From IMG/VR virus record IMGVR_UViG_3300044632_000653: DNA of 64,000 bases. One strand, given 5' to 3'. Position 1 is the first letter of the stretch. Each line of letters opens with the position of its first letter. The translations under genes and the position numbers were made by a program. The DNA is from a virus. Positions 1 to 9,743 of this stretch are shown here, one piece after another. The notes under the pieces are model-generated. The model was not told where the DNA came from and did not search any database. It saw only the letters and a list, made by a program, of their open reading frames with translations.

Positions 1-1
1 C

Positions 2-1831
2 CTCGCCTCGGCATATCAAGCCACGGGTGACACAGTCATCACGGTTGCGGGATCAGGCATCGCCATCTCGACCTCGGGCAAGACGGACACCATCTTCAAC
101 ATCGGTGTCACGGGCTTCAACGGTCTCACGGGCAACATCACGGTCACGGGTGATGGTCAATCCCTGATCGGTTTTGACAACAACAAGTTCACGAACAGGC
201 TTGCGACCACAAGTCTGACAGGTGTCGCCTCGTTCAACAACACTAGGTTCTCGGTGTCGAATGGTGCTGTCGATCTTGCTGCCGCCTACCAAGCCACGGG
301 TGACACAGTCATCACGGTTGCGGGATCAGGCATCGCCATCTCGACCTCGGGCAAGACGGACACCATCTTCAACATCGGTGTCACGGGCTTCAATGGACTG
401 ACGGGCAACATCACGGTCACGGGTGATGGTCAATCCCTGATCGGTTTTGACAACAACAAGTTCACGAACAGGCTTGCGACCACAAGTCTGACAGGTGTCG
501 CCTCATTCAACTCGACCTACTTCACGGTTTCTAGCGGTGCGGTGAGCCTCGCATCGGCATACCAAGCCACGGGCGACACGGTCATCACGGTCGCAGGGTC
601 AGGTATTTCCCTTGCCACCTCGGGTAGGACTGACACCATCTTCAACATCGGTGTCACGGGGTTCAACGGTCTCACGGGCAACATCACGGTCACGGGTGAT
701 GGTCAATCCCTGATCGGTCGTACCAACGACAGATTCACCAACAGGCTTGCGACCGCAAGTCTGACAGGTGTCGCCTCATTCAACTCGACATACTTCTCGG
801 TCGCTAGCACGGGTCATGTGACCCTCGCCTCGGCATACCAAGCCACGGGCGACACGGTCATCACGGTCGCAGGGTCAGGTATTTCCCTTGCCACCTCGGG
901 TAGGACTGACACCATCTTCAACATCGGTGTCACGGGGTTCAACGGTCTCACGGGCAACATCACGGTCACGGGTGATGGTCAATCCCTGATCGGTCGTACC
1001 AACGACAGATTCACGAACAGGCTTGCGGACACCTCGGTGACGGGTGTAGCCTCGTTCGATACGAATGCTTTTGTTGTAACCAACGGTCATGTGAGCCTAC
1101 GAGGTGGTAGTCAGGGCACACTCTGTAGTTCTTACACAAATGAGGTTGACTGTGAAAACGATCCCAATCCTTGTTTTTGGTGTAACATAACAAACACATG
1201 CTCAAGTACAAATAGTTGTAGTCTGTTTAGTGCCACTTACAGCGGAGTGGGTGCTTCGGCAAATGCGGACGGCTCGCTCGCCTACCTTTACTTTGATCCA
1301 GGAAATCTGACAACAGGTTCATCCACAACGATAGACAAAGATAGTGACTTTGTTCTTTTCTACGATGCAAGTGAACCTGGGTTGGTAAAGACGAAGAGAG
1401 TCAGTCCAAAGCAATTCATCCTTGATAGCGATGCTCTGTTTGCTAGTAAGACCACGGACTACCTACAGAAAACGAAGAGTGCAACCACTATTGACTACGA
1501 GATTGTCACCTCTGCAATTGAGCAGAGTGGAGTCGGTCTTGTGGTTGCGGCAGAGGCATTCGACTACATCAGCCTCAACACCGTAAAAAGTCTGAACGGT
1601 CTGACGGGAGATGTGACCGTCGTTGGAAGCATCAACGGCTGCACGGGTGCGTTCACGATCACGGGCACGGTGAACGAGGTGGTCGTGTCCGCAGGCATCA
1701 ACTGCCGAAACATCATCATCGGTCTGCCCGACAATGTGACCATCCCCTACATCAGCGGCACGGGTGCCACCTTCACAGGAACTGTGAATGCGAACCTGTT
1801 CATCGGCTCCGTTGACGGAGGAACCTTCTAA
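2..1831 (+). CDS. Tail fibre protein with ~91-aa tandem repeats (5' end lies outside the window)
   Basis: Frame is open from base 2 (LASAYQATGDTVITVAGSG...), continuous with ORF 254..1831. Thr/Gly-rich repeats, V-S-NG-TG spacer motifs, C-terminal DGGTF typical of phage fibre/virion proteins. Confidence 0.75.
   Translation, partial: LASAYQATGDTVITVAGSGIAISTSGKTDTIFNIGVTGFNGLTGNITVTGDGQSLIGFDNNKFTNRLATTSLTGVASFNNTRFSVSNGAVDLAAAYQATGDTVITVAGSGIAISTSGKTDTIFNIGVTGFNGLTGNITVTGDGQSLIGFDNNKFTNRLATTSLTGVASFNSTYFTVSSGAVSLASAYQATGDTVITVAGSGISLATSGRTDTIFNIGVTGFNGLTGNITVTGDGQSLIGRTNDRFTNRLATASLTGVASFNSTYFSVASTGHVTLASAYQATGDTVITVAGSGISLATSGRTDTIFNIGVTGFNGLTGNITVTGDGQSLIGRTNDRFTNRLADTSVTGVASFDTNAFVVTNGHVSLRGGSQGTLCSSYTNEVDCENDPNPCFWCNITNTCSSTNSCSLFSATYSGVGASANADGSLAYLYFDPGNLTTGSSTTIDKDSDFVLFYDASEPGLVKTKRVSPKQFILDSDALFASKTTDYLQKTKSATTIDYEIVTSAIEQSGVGLVVAAEAFDYISLNTVKSLNGLTGDVTVVGSINGCTGAFTITGTVNEVVVSAGINCRNIIIGLPDNVTIPYISGTGATFTGTVNANLFIGSVDGGTF
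11..1101 (+). repeat. Four tandem 273-276 bp coding repeats
   Basis: Units begin at 11, 284, 557 and 833 (GCnTAyCAAGCCACGGGyGACAC) and are nearly identical at DNA level. Confidence 0.95.
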
Positions 1832-1834
1832 ATA
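1828..1834 (+). promoter_or_regulatory. T4-type late promoter box CTAAATA
   Basis: Resembles T4 TATAAATA; overlaps the upstream TAA stop; recurs before many structural genes; gp55 and gp33 are in the window. Confidence 0.7.
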
Positions 1835-1847
1835 GAGGTACTTCGAT

Positions 1848-3497
1848 ATGCCCAAGGAAAGCACGATCCAACTGTACAACTCGTCGGTCACGGGAAACTC
1901 CCCTTCCTCGGGAGACCTGTCGCTCGGCGAACTCGCCATCAACACATCCGACGAGAAGGTGTTCTTCAAGAACCTCGGCGGAACGGTCCTGTCGCTGTCA
2001 CAGAGCAAGGACCTTTCAGGTGCGTTTGCGCACAACAACGAAGTCGTATCGTCAATCAACGGTGCCACGGGAGCAGTCACCGATGTAGCCAAGACGAACA
2101 CGACACAGACCTTCACAGGATTGCAGAGGTTCTCCAACGGCATCTCGGCTGCGGGTGCCACCTTCGATGCGGGAAGCACGGTGAGGCTCTCCACGCTAGC
2201 CTCGCACCCGCAGGTGGACATCGGAGGAGGCTTCTACTCGGGAGGAAACATCTCGGGTGAGGCGGTCAACAATGTCTACTTCGTGGCGGGACAGGGAGGA
2301 AGCGGCGACTTCCCCACCAAGCCCTACATCGCCTTTAGCAATAACAGCACCGACCTTGGTGCAGACATCACATTTCAGACTCTCGGCGGCGACATCAAGT
2401 TCACGGCGAACACCGACATCGACATCGTCGCATCGGACGGCAATGTGAACATCTCAAGTGCGAGTGGCGGCATCGTCATCGATCCCGTGACCTTCGTCAA
2501 CATTGCGGGTGGTGTCCTCTATGTCGATGACACGAACAACAGGGTCGGCATCAACGACACGACTCCGAGCATGGCTCTCTGCGTCAACGGAGGCATCTCG
2601 GGCAACTCCGTGATCATCGCCGCAGGTGCCACCTTCAACTCCCGTGCAAACTTTGCAGCGGGACTGACCACGGCGAACCTGTTCGTCTCGGGTGGAGCAA
2701 CCTTCGGTGCTGCGGTCAGCATCACGGGTGCCCTCGCCGCAACAGGAGCGACATTCACTTACAACATGAGCCTCGGAACGGACAAGAATTTGCTGAAGGA
2801 TGCCACCTTCAAGGACTTCGGCGAGGTGTTCGGGTATCAGGTCCGCAAGGAGATCAACGATGGCAAGACCAGCACCAGATATTATGTCGATCTGTCGAGG
2901 GGCAACACCTTCTACCTAAACCTATATGGAAGCGACAACTCGGGAATACTCGGGGGATATGCGCCTAGCGATAATCTGCCTTCCATCAAAGTTCCATCGA
3001 CCGCATGGGCGACGGTCACCACGACCGTGGGTCTGACGGGTGCCACGGCATCGACTTTCAACCAAGGCGGAACCATTGCGGCGGGACAGTTCCTCTTCGG
3101 ACCTGGCATCACTAGCACGGGATGCACCGCCGTCTCATACAACTCGGGCACGGGGGCCATCGTACTCAGCAAGGCTGCACAAGCCACGGTCACCAGCGCA
3201 TACACCGCCTTCGTGCGGAACAACGGCGAGGGATTCGGCATGGATGCGAGTCCAAAGACCTCGGTGGCATCAACATTCCCTCCCGCTCGGGTTCACTCGT
3301 TCACTCTCATCGTGGGTGCAACCGCATCGGCATCGATCACATGGCAGACGGGAGCAACCCACTACGGTCAGATCAAATGGCCTTCGGGAACGGCACCGAC
3401 GCTCACCACGACGAGTGGAAAGTTCGATGTCTTCTCATTCCTCTCCTACGACTATGGTACGACTTGGCTCGCCTTCAACGCAGGACAAAACTTCTAA
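1848..3497 (+). CDS. Tail fibre protein with T4 gp37-like N-terminus
   Basis: N-terminus IQLYNSSVTGNSPSSGDLSLGELAINTSDEKVFFK resembles gp37 GELAIN motif; RVGINDTTPS repeat; C-terminal IKWPSGTAPTLTT..FDVFSF domain common in phage fibres. Confidence 0.75.
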   Translation: MPKESTIQLYNSSVTGNSPSSGDLSLGELAINTSDEKVFFKNLGGTVLSLSQSKDLSGAFAHNNEVVSSINGATGAVTDVAKTNTTQTFTGLQRFSNGISAAGATFDAGSTVRLSTLASHPQVDIGGGFYSGGNISGEAVNNVYFVAGQGGSGDFPTKPYIAFSNNSTDLGADITFQTLGGDIKFTANTDIDIVASDGNVNISSASGGIVIDPVTFVNIAGGVLYVDDTNNRVGINDTTPSMALCVNGGISGNSVIIAAGATFNSRANFAAGLTTANLFVSGGATFGAAVSITGALAATGATFTYNMSLGTDKNLLKDATFKDFGEVFGYQVRKEINDGKTSTRYYVDLSRGNTFYLNLYGSDNSGILGGYAPSDNLPSIKVPSTAWATVTTTVGLTGATASTFNQGGTIAAGQFLFGPGITSTGCTAVSYNSGTGAIVLSKAAQATVTSAYTAFVRNNGEGFGMDASPKTSVASTFPPARVHSFTLIVGATASASITWQTGATHYGQIKWPSGTAPTLTTTSGKFDVFSFLSYDYGTTWLAFNAGQNF

Positions 3498-4009
3498 TGG
3501 GAATGCTCGGTGTAACAGGTCGTGTGGCTCTGACGAAGAACGGTGTCGCCGCAGTAGATGTTACTCCTGCCGCTGTGAATTGGACGGGAACATTGGGTTG
3601 TGATGATATTTCTCCATGTGCAGACTATACTGAAGAACAAATACTGAGTATCAACCAAGCAATTACCCTAACCTTTACAGTTACATCGACATCAGGAACT
3701 CCACCTACTGTTTTTTACAGAAAAGCATCGACACCCACATCCTCTACGGGCGAGTATTGCGATAGCAGCAATCAATACGGTGGTACACCTACACCAGAAG
3801 GTAGAACTACTGGTGGTTTTTCAACTCTTTACAACGGATCTTCTTTGGTCGTTTCTTCTTTGTCTGTGTCTTCAGGAGACTATCTTGCATTCTTTGGATT
3901 TGGGAATGCGCCTCCATTTCCGCCTGCTGTACATAGTGTAACAATACGAATAAATAATCAAAGTGACTCAAATGCTGTTCTTGACACGATTATTGTTCAG
4001 CAAATGTAA
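3497..4009 (+). CDS. Putative distal fibre adhesin / virion protein (170 aa, low-GC)
   Basis: TAATG coupling to the fibre stop gives start MGMLGVTG (C-terminal part of track ORF 3122..4009); Ser/Thr-rich; A/T-ending codons. Confidence 0.55.
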   Translation: MGMLGVTGRVALTKNGVAAVDVTPAAVNWTGTLGCDDISPCADYTEEQILSINQAITLTFTVTSTSGTPPTVFYRKASTPTSSTGEYCDSSNQYGGTPTPEGRTTGGFSTLYNGSSLVVSSLSVSSGDYLAFFGFGNAPPFPPAVHSVTIRINNQSDSNAVLDTIIVQQM

Positions 4010-4021
4010 CAATACAGAAAA

Positions 4022-4498
4022 ATGAATTACGCAGAACTTTACAACCTCGAAATCGTTGAAATCCACGAAGAACTTCCCCGAGCATGGCGCAACATTTCGG
4101 GACTCTGCAACTACCCCGATGACGAACTTGCGGATCTCGGTTGGTCGGGCAACGGCGGGTGCGCCTTCTATCCCGTGGTCGAGGGTTCGCAGCCTTCCTA
4201 CGACCCCAAGACGCAGACCATCTCGTATGAGGACACGGTCGATGCGAACGCCAAGGTAGTGAACAGGACTTGGTCTGCGGTGTTGTACTCGCAGGATCAG
4301 ATCGACGCTGAGTGGGCGAGAGTCCGCAGCCGCCGCAACTCACATCTCAAGGCTTGCGACTTCACACAACTCGCTGACGCTCCCCTGACGGTGCAGGAGA
4401 AGTCGGATTGGACTGCATACCGCCAAGCCCTCCGTGACCTACCACAGAACACCGTGAACCCCTTCGATGTCACATGGCCGACACAACCGAATCCGTGA
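4022..4498 (+). CDS. Tail fibre assembly chaperone (Phage_tail_APC-like C-terminus)
   Basis: WARVRSRRNSHLKACDFTQLADAPL..WTAYRQALRDLPQ..PFDVTWPTQP is the characteristic motif. Confidence 0.8.
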   Translation: MNYAELYNLEIVEIHEELPRAWRNISGLCNYPDDELADLGWSGNGGCAFYPVVEGSQPSYDPKTQTISYEDTVDANAKVVNRTWSAVLYSQDQIDAEWARVRSRRNSHLKACDFTQLADAPLTVQEKSDWTAYRQALRDLPQNTVNPFDVTWPTQPNP

Positions 4499-5075
4499 CA
4501 TCGGCTTCTTCTACCCCTCGGCATCCCACACGGGCTACAACGAGGTCAAGAGCAGGAGAAGGTTCGCTGTACTCGACGGGATCCCCGATCTAGGGGCATC
4601 GACCCTCCTCGACATCGGCTCGGGTCCATGCAACCTTCTCGGTTGGCTGAAGGACAACGGACACGAAACACACTACGAGGCTGTGGACATCCGTGAGGAT
4701 TCCCTGCGCCTGTGCCCGTGTTCGCCCACGCACACGCACACGGGCGTGCCCACCCGCCCACGCACGGGCGCACGGGCGTGGGACATCGTCTGTCTCTTCG
4801 GGACCGTGACCTTCAACATCGGATCGGATCAGGAGGCGAACAGGAAGACGATGAGGGAACTCCTCATGGTCGCCCTTTTCCTCCACCCTAAACACATCGT
4901 CTTCACGGCGATCCGAAGCGACCGACTCGACGGGATCAACGCCATTCAATTGGTGGGATACGACAGGGAGGGAATCGAAGAACTCATATCCATGCTCTCG
5001 CCCGATTCATGGGAGATCCATGAGGACCCCGATCCGCTTGAGTGGATCGTGAGGTGTTCCTTTACCACCCGATAA
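4467..5075 (+). CDS. Class I SAM-dependent methyltransferase
   Basis: Motif I LLDIGSGPC, acidic motif YEAVDI, WDIVCLFGTV; start uncertain. Confidence 0.75.
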   Translation: MSHGRHNRIRDIGFFYPSASHTGYNEVKSRRRFAVLDGIPDLGASTLLDIGSGPCNLLGWLKDNGHETHYEAVDIREDSLRLCPCSPTHTHTGVPTRPRTGARAWDIVCLFGTVTFNIGSDQEANRKTMRELLMVALFLHPKHIVFTAIRSDRLDGINAIQLVGYDREGIEELISMLSPDSWEIHEDPDPLEWIVRCSFTTR

Positions 5076-5078
5076 ATA
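5072..5078 (+). promoter_or_regulatory. Late promoter box ATAAATA
   Basis: Overlaps a stop codon; 5 nt before ATG 5084. Confidence 0.6.
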
Positions 5079-5083
5079 TCGCC

Positions 5084-6010
5084 ATGCCCCTGTTCAAGGT
5101 ACGCCGCACAGCCAAACCGAATGTCATTCCCGCAGGTCTGACCTACGGCGAGATGGCGGTCAACATCGCCGACAGGCTTCTCTATGTCGGCGGTACGGCG
5201 GGTGAGTCGGTTCTGATCTCGGGATCGGGTGGCTCTGAAACCACTTGGAGCAGGGCTGACGCAACGCTAGCGACGGACATAGAGGGAGTCCCCGCAGGAA
5301 CCACCTTCGCAGCAGGGACCACCGCCATCGAAATCCTTGAGCAGATCCTCTACCCATATCAACCCGTGTCCTTCTCGTCATTCTCCACGGGACTCAACGC
5401 CACCTACGAGTTGGGTCAGACGGCAGGAAACGGAGCGGGAACGGTCACATGGGCGACGGGCGGTCCCGACGAGAATTGGGTCAGCGGGAGCCTGTACATC
5501 TACTACTCGGGATTCGCCTCGGGCAATCTCGTATCGGGCGGCAGTCCAACGGCAGACACGGCGAGCGTCACATACCCCGCCTTCCGCTCCACGAACATCG
5601 CAGCGAACACCCTCACACTAGGGATCTCGGGACAGCAGGATGAGGGAACCAACCCTCTCACTAGATCACAGACAAGGCGTTGGTGGTCGAGGCTTTATTG
5701 GGGCAAGTCAACCGATCCCGCCTCAACCAATCCGTTGATCTTGACTAATGGGAACACCTCCCTCCTTGAATCGACGGGAAGTGGAACGGCAGGAACAGCG
5801 ACCACGGCAAGCGGGGGATACTTCTATGTCTTCATCCACGATGACTACGACATCACCAAGATGACCCTTGCGGGATTCGATGTCGCCTTGGAGCCGAACT
5901 ACACCGCATCCGTGATGAACAGCCACGGGTTCTCAACGACATACAAGATCTACCGAACGACAAACCAACTGAATGATGCCCTCAGCATCATCGTGACCTA
6001 TTCGTACTGA
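5084..6010 (+). CDS. Fibre-associated virion protein (gp37-like N-terminal motif)
   Basis: KVRRTAKPNVIPAGLTYGEMAVNIADRLLYVG; C-terminal domain paralogous to those of the next two ORFs. Confidence 0.65.
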   Translation: MPLFKVRRTAKPNVIPAGLTYGEMAVNIADRLLYVGGTAGESVLISGSGGSETTWSRADATLATDIEGVPAGTTFAAGTTAIEILEQILYPYQPVSFSSFSTGLNATYELGQTAGNGAGTVTWATGGPDENWVSGSLYIYYSGFASGNLVSGGSPTADTASVTYPAFRSTNIAANTLTLGISGQQDEGTNPLTRSQTRRWWSRLYWGKSTDPASTNPLILTNGNTSLLESTGSGTAGTATTASGGYFYVFIHDDYDITKMTLAGFDVALEPNYTASVMNSHGFSTTYKIYRTTNQLNDALSIIVTYSY

Positions 6011-6015
6011 CCTCA

Positions 6016-6978
6016 ATGCCTATCACGGGAACAGTTCCACTCACAGGCAAGATCGCTCCAACGAGCGACCTAGACACCTATCCCGTAACCGATCCACAGT
6101 ACGGTCTCGGTGGACTAAGGTCCGTCAGCACCACCGCAGACAGGGACAACATCTCGTACCAACGCCGTGAACAGGGCATGATGGTCTATGTTCAAGGCAA
6201 TCAGAACTTCTATGCCTTGGTGGGCGGTACGAGCAACTCGGATTGGGTGCTGTTCACCCCCTCGGGTCTAGGACCACAGGGACCCACGGGACCAACGGGG
6301 TCAGCGGGTCCGCAGATCCTCCTCATCGACTCGTTCTCCACGACGGTGGAGCAGACGATACCGAAGGGATCAACAAACCACAGCCTCTCCTCGGAGACGA
6401 TCACGGTCTCCTATGCGGGTGGAGTCGTGCCAACCACGGGAGGCATCTACCTCACCGATCCGACCAAGGGATCGGGGTTCCCCGTCTACTTCTCGACAGC
6501 GTCGATGGACTCCATCACATTCTCGGGTCAGACATTGACGGGGACTGTCGGGGACACCATCACGATCAGGCTCGTCGTGACGGGATCGTCGGGTTCATGG
6601 GACTACTACGACTATCCGATCACGGTGTCCAACTACCTCCGATGGGGAACGACGGGAGCGTCGAGCCTCACAGGGACGCAGGTTCACACCGTCTTGACGA
6701 ACTACGCCTTGAGCGAATCCTTGAGTCAGGAGTTCAAACTCCAAGTCTCGGCTGGTTCGTACCTGTACTGGGCACATCCGTCAAGACTTGGCGTTTCCGT
6801 CCAAAGCATAAATAACGCAAGTTACGGTGGCATGGGGCTCCAAGGTCAGATGATGATCGGAGGAACCCCCGAGGTGAGTTCTACCAACCCCGAGGGATTC
6901 TCGGACCAGTACTTCGTGTACAGGTCGGAGAACATGATGGGTGCGGGGACCCTGTTCGTGAAGACGGCAGCGAGGTAA
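6016..6978 (+). CDS. Virion/fibre protein with short collagen-like linker
   Basis: GGLRSV...RDNISYQRREQGMMVYV motif, GPQGPTGPTGSAGP, shared C-terminal domain. Confidence 0.6.
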   Translation: MPITGTVPLTGKIAPTSDLDTYPVTDPQYGLGGLRSVSTTADRDNISYQRREQGMMVYVQGNQNFYALVGGTSNSDWVLFTPSGLGPQGPTGPTGSAGPQILLIDSFSTTVEQTIPKGSTNHSLSSETITVSYAGGVVPTTGGIYLTDPTKGSGFPVYFSTASMDSITFSGQTLTGTVGDTITIRLVVTGSSGSWDYYDYPITVSNYLRWGTTGASSLTGTQVHTVLTNYALSESLSQEFKLQVSAGSYLYWAHPSRLGVSVQSINNASYGGMGLQGQMMIGGTPEVSSTNPEGFSDQYFVYRSENMMGAGTLFVKTAAR

Positions 6979-6994
6979 GGAAAAGGAATCATAG

Positions 6995-9736
6995 ATGCCT
7001 ATTGACATCGCAGCAATTCTCAAGCAGCAGGGACGCAATGACCGCCTTGGTAGCGGTGCGGCGAACTTCTTCCACCTGATCGACGCAGCCGACATCGACT
7101 TCAGGGTCGATGCTATCATCGGATTGGGCTCATCTGCGGGTCCCGTGGATGACCCTGGTTCGATTGTCACCGCATTCGGAACCAAGTATGTCATCGCCGA
7201 CACCGCAATTTGGGAAGGTGACCTTTCTCAAGATGTGGTTACCGACTACGCAAACGGCGACATCATCGAACGCCGCACGGGGGTGTGGGGGCTTCATCTT
7301 GATGTCTCCCGAGCGCAGACGAACGAGGGAACTCTTGTCTACAACAAGTACGACAACAAGTTCTACTACTACGACGGCACGGTTTGGAAGGAACTCGGCA
7401 CAGGATCCGTAACAGGCGCAGCGGGTGAGACTTGGTCCGTTCAGTTCAAGGCTGCGAATGGTTCCTTCACGGGCAACTCGGGTCTGCTGTTCAACAACAC
7501 GACCCGAAGGCTCGTACTCGGCTCGGATGTCCTTCTTCAGTTCGGTGATGGCACCACCCAATCGACCGCTAGGAACTTCTTCGGAACCACGGGAACGACC
7601 TCCACGCTCTATCCGATGGGGTTCTCGGGTGCAGGACATACGGGCGATAGGCTTCTCGTTGCGACGGGACCTGCAAACGACCCGCTCAGGAACTACATCC
7701 GATTCGGAAACGCTTGGTTTCAGACGGGTGTCGCAGGTGTCGGACAAGGCATCCAAGGAACGGCGGGTGCCGCAGGTGCGACGGGCGCAACGGGTGCCAC
7801 GGGTGCCACGGGCGCAACAGGCATCACGGGCGCAAGCCTTACGAGTGTGTCCGTTGATCAATCCACAGGCATGCTCCGTGCTGCGTACCTGTTCAATGGC
7901 AATACGAGTTCCCTGTTCGACATCGGATATGTCCGAGGCAACACGGGATCTACGGGTCCCACGGGTCAGGGCATCACGGGAGTCTCGCTCTCGGGCAACG
8001 ACCTCGTAGCACAGTATCTCTTTGCAGATGGAACCACCTCGGAATTCATCATCGGAAATGTCCGTGGTGCAACGGGTGGAACGGGTGCCACGGGTGCGAC
8101 GGGCGTAGGACTCACGGGAGTCTCGCTCTCAGGCAACGATCTCGTAGCGCAATACCTGTTCGCAAACGGCACGACTTCCGAGTTCATCATCGGAAATGTC
8201 CGTGGCGGAACGGGTGCGGTCGGTGCGACGGGCGCAACGGGTGCGACGGGTGCAGGTGTCACGGGATTCCGTGTAAACGCCTTGGATGGAACCCTCCGTG
8301 CGGTGTTCATCAATCCGAATGGAACCACGGGCGACCTCAATCTTGGGTCTGTCCGAGGTACCACGGGCGTGACGGGTCAGGCTACGGGTATCAGGTATAC
8401 CTACTCTACGGTCCTGTTCAACTCAAATTACGGCATCCATGCAAATGCAGGTGGAACGGGTGTCTACATCTCCAAGATCGACAACTCGGGCGTAAACCAA
8501 AGCGGATTCATCGAAACATGGGATGACTCGACCAATACCGTCAAGGGTACTCTCATCGTTCAGCCGCAGTATGCGTACCACGGATCAGAAGGGGCAGCAC
8601 CTGGTCCTACGGCACAGATTGTCTTCTCCGTGACCTCGGTCAGGGAATACAGCAATCTAGTCTACGAACTCGGAGGAACCCTTCTATCAGGAACGGCAGG
8701 ATCTAGTTTTGCTGCCCTGTATACGCCAATCGTAGCCAACTTCTCTCGGGCAGGTGACCGTGGTAGCACGGGAAATGTCAATCTTGCCACGGCTACCTTT
8801 GAGACGAACACGGGAATCACCCACACCGCCGTTTCGGTCAACACCTCCCTCTCACGGTTGGCGAGGAAGGTGATGTTCCTCCAAGATGACGGCTCGCTCA
8901 CATTCGACTATCTGTTCTATCCCGACATCTTCAACGCCGAGGAGTTCCAATTTGCGATCCTGTCGTTCAGCAGGTCATCTTCGTTCTCAACGACGCAGTT
9001 GATGAGCGGCACGAACATAAATGTCGGAACGGTTTCGGGAGCAACCTTCACGGCGACCTACAGGTATGGACCGCCGACCACCGCAAACATCTTCGTGGAG
9101 CCTGCCGACGAAGGATCAGGGTTCCCGATCTTCTTCCCGACCGCCGCCATGAACACCTTGGCGGGAACCCTGCACAGCGCAACCATCTCGGGAACGGGAG
9201 GCGAAAACCGCAGCACCACCATCAAACTGAGTGCCACAGGAAACGATGCAAACAGCACGGTTCGCAACGACATCGAAGACATCACGATCAACTTCCGAAA
9301 CCACTTCCTCTATGGTCTGACCACCGCTGCCATGATCACGGGAGGTGCCACGGGCATCGGCATGACCGCTAATTGGTGGAACCGTGACCATGTCTCAACC
9401 AAACCTGTCGCCGAGACCATCCTCGGATGGAGCGCATCGGTCACGCAGTCCACCTACGGCACACCCGAGGGCTACTACCTCTACATCGCATACCCGTCGA
9501 GGCTCCAAGATGACGCTTCGTTCTTCGATGATCCCGTCATCGCCCCGATCAAGTTGAACGGTGCTGCGGTGGTCGGAGGAATGTGCCTACAGGGATTCGG
9601 TGCCGCAGCCGATGCGAAGGGTCTCAGCACGATCACCTACACCAACAGCCGTGGGTGGTCCGAGCCGTACAAGGTCATGCGAACGGACAACACCTTCACC
9701 ACCGATGTGTTCACCTTTGAGTTCCTCCCCTCCTGA
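6995..9736 (+). CDS. Collagen-like (GAT)n tail fibre / virion protein
   Basis: Several Gly-X-Y runs (GATGATGAT), internal duplication, mosaic of domains shared with neighbouring ORFs. Confidence 0.7.
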   Translation: MPIDIAAILKQQGRNDRLGSGAANFFHLIDAADIDFRVDAIIGLGSSAGPVDDPGSIVTAFGTKYVIADTAIWEGDLSQDVVTDYANGDIIERRTGVWGLHLDVSRAQTNEGTLVYNKYDNKFYYYDGTVWKELGTGSVTGAAGETWSVQFKAANGSFTGNSGLLFNNTTRRLVLGSDVLLQFGDGTTQSTARNFFGTTGTTSTLYPMGFSGAGHTGDRLLVATGPANDPLRNYIRFGNAWFQTGVAGVGQGIQGTAGAAGATGATGATGATGATGITGASLTSVSVDQSTGMLRAAYLFNGNTSSLFDIGYVRGNTGSTGPTGQGITGVSLSGNDLVAQYLFADGTTSEFIIGNVRGATGGTGATGATGVGLTGVSLSGNDLVAQYLFANGTTSEFIIGNVRGGTGAVGATGATGATGAGVTGFRVNALDGTLRAVFINPNGTTGDLNLGSVRGTTGVTGQATGIRYTYSTVLFNSNYGIHANAGGTGVYISKIDNSGVNQSGFIETWDDSTNTVKGTLIVQPQYAYHGSEGAAPGPTAQIVFSVTSVREYSNLVYELGGTLLSGTAGSSFAALYTPIVANFSRAGDRGSTGNVNLATATFETNTGITHTAVSVNTSLSRLARKVMFLQDDGSLTFDYLFYPDIFNAEEFQFAILSFSRSSSFSTTQLMSGTNINVGTVSGATFTATYRYGPPTTANIFVEPADEGSGFPIFFPTAAMNTLAGTLHSATISGTGGENRSTTIKLSATGNDANSTVRNDIEDITINFRNHFLYGLTTAAMITGGATGIGMTANWWNRDHVSTKPVAETILGWSASVTQSTYGTPEGYYLYIAYPSRLQDDASFFDDPVIAPIKLNGAAVVGGMCLQGFGAAADAKGLSTITYTNSRGWSEPYKVMRTDNTFTTDVFTFEFLPS
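7970..8245 (+). repeat. Two ~138-bp internal direct repeats
   Basis: G(I/L)TGVSLSGNDLVAQYLFA(D/N)GTTSEFIIGNVRG occurs twice, separated by GAT repeats. Confidence 0.85.
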
Positions 9737-9743
9737 GTAAGAC

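Noticed and set aside
1-1101. Repeats as a diversity-generating retroelement TR/VR pair
   Set aside because: No reverse transcriptase in the window; the repeats are tandem, in frame, and differences are not adenine-specific.
3122-3496. Upstream extensions of track ORFs (3122..4009; likewise 13209, 23210, 24794 and 40297 starts)
   Set aside because: They overlap real neighbouring genes; downstream starts with coupling, SD or promoter signals fit better.
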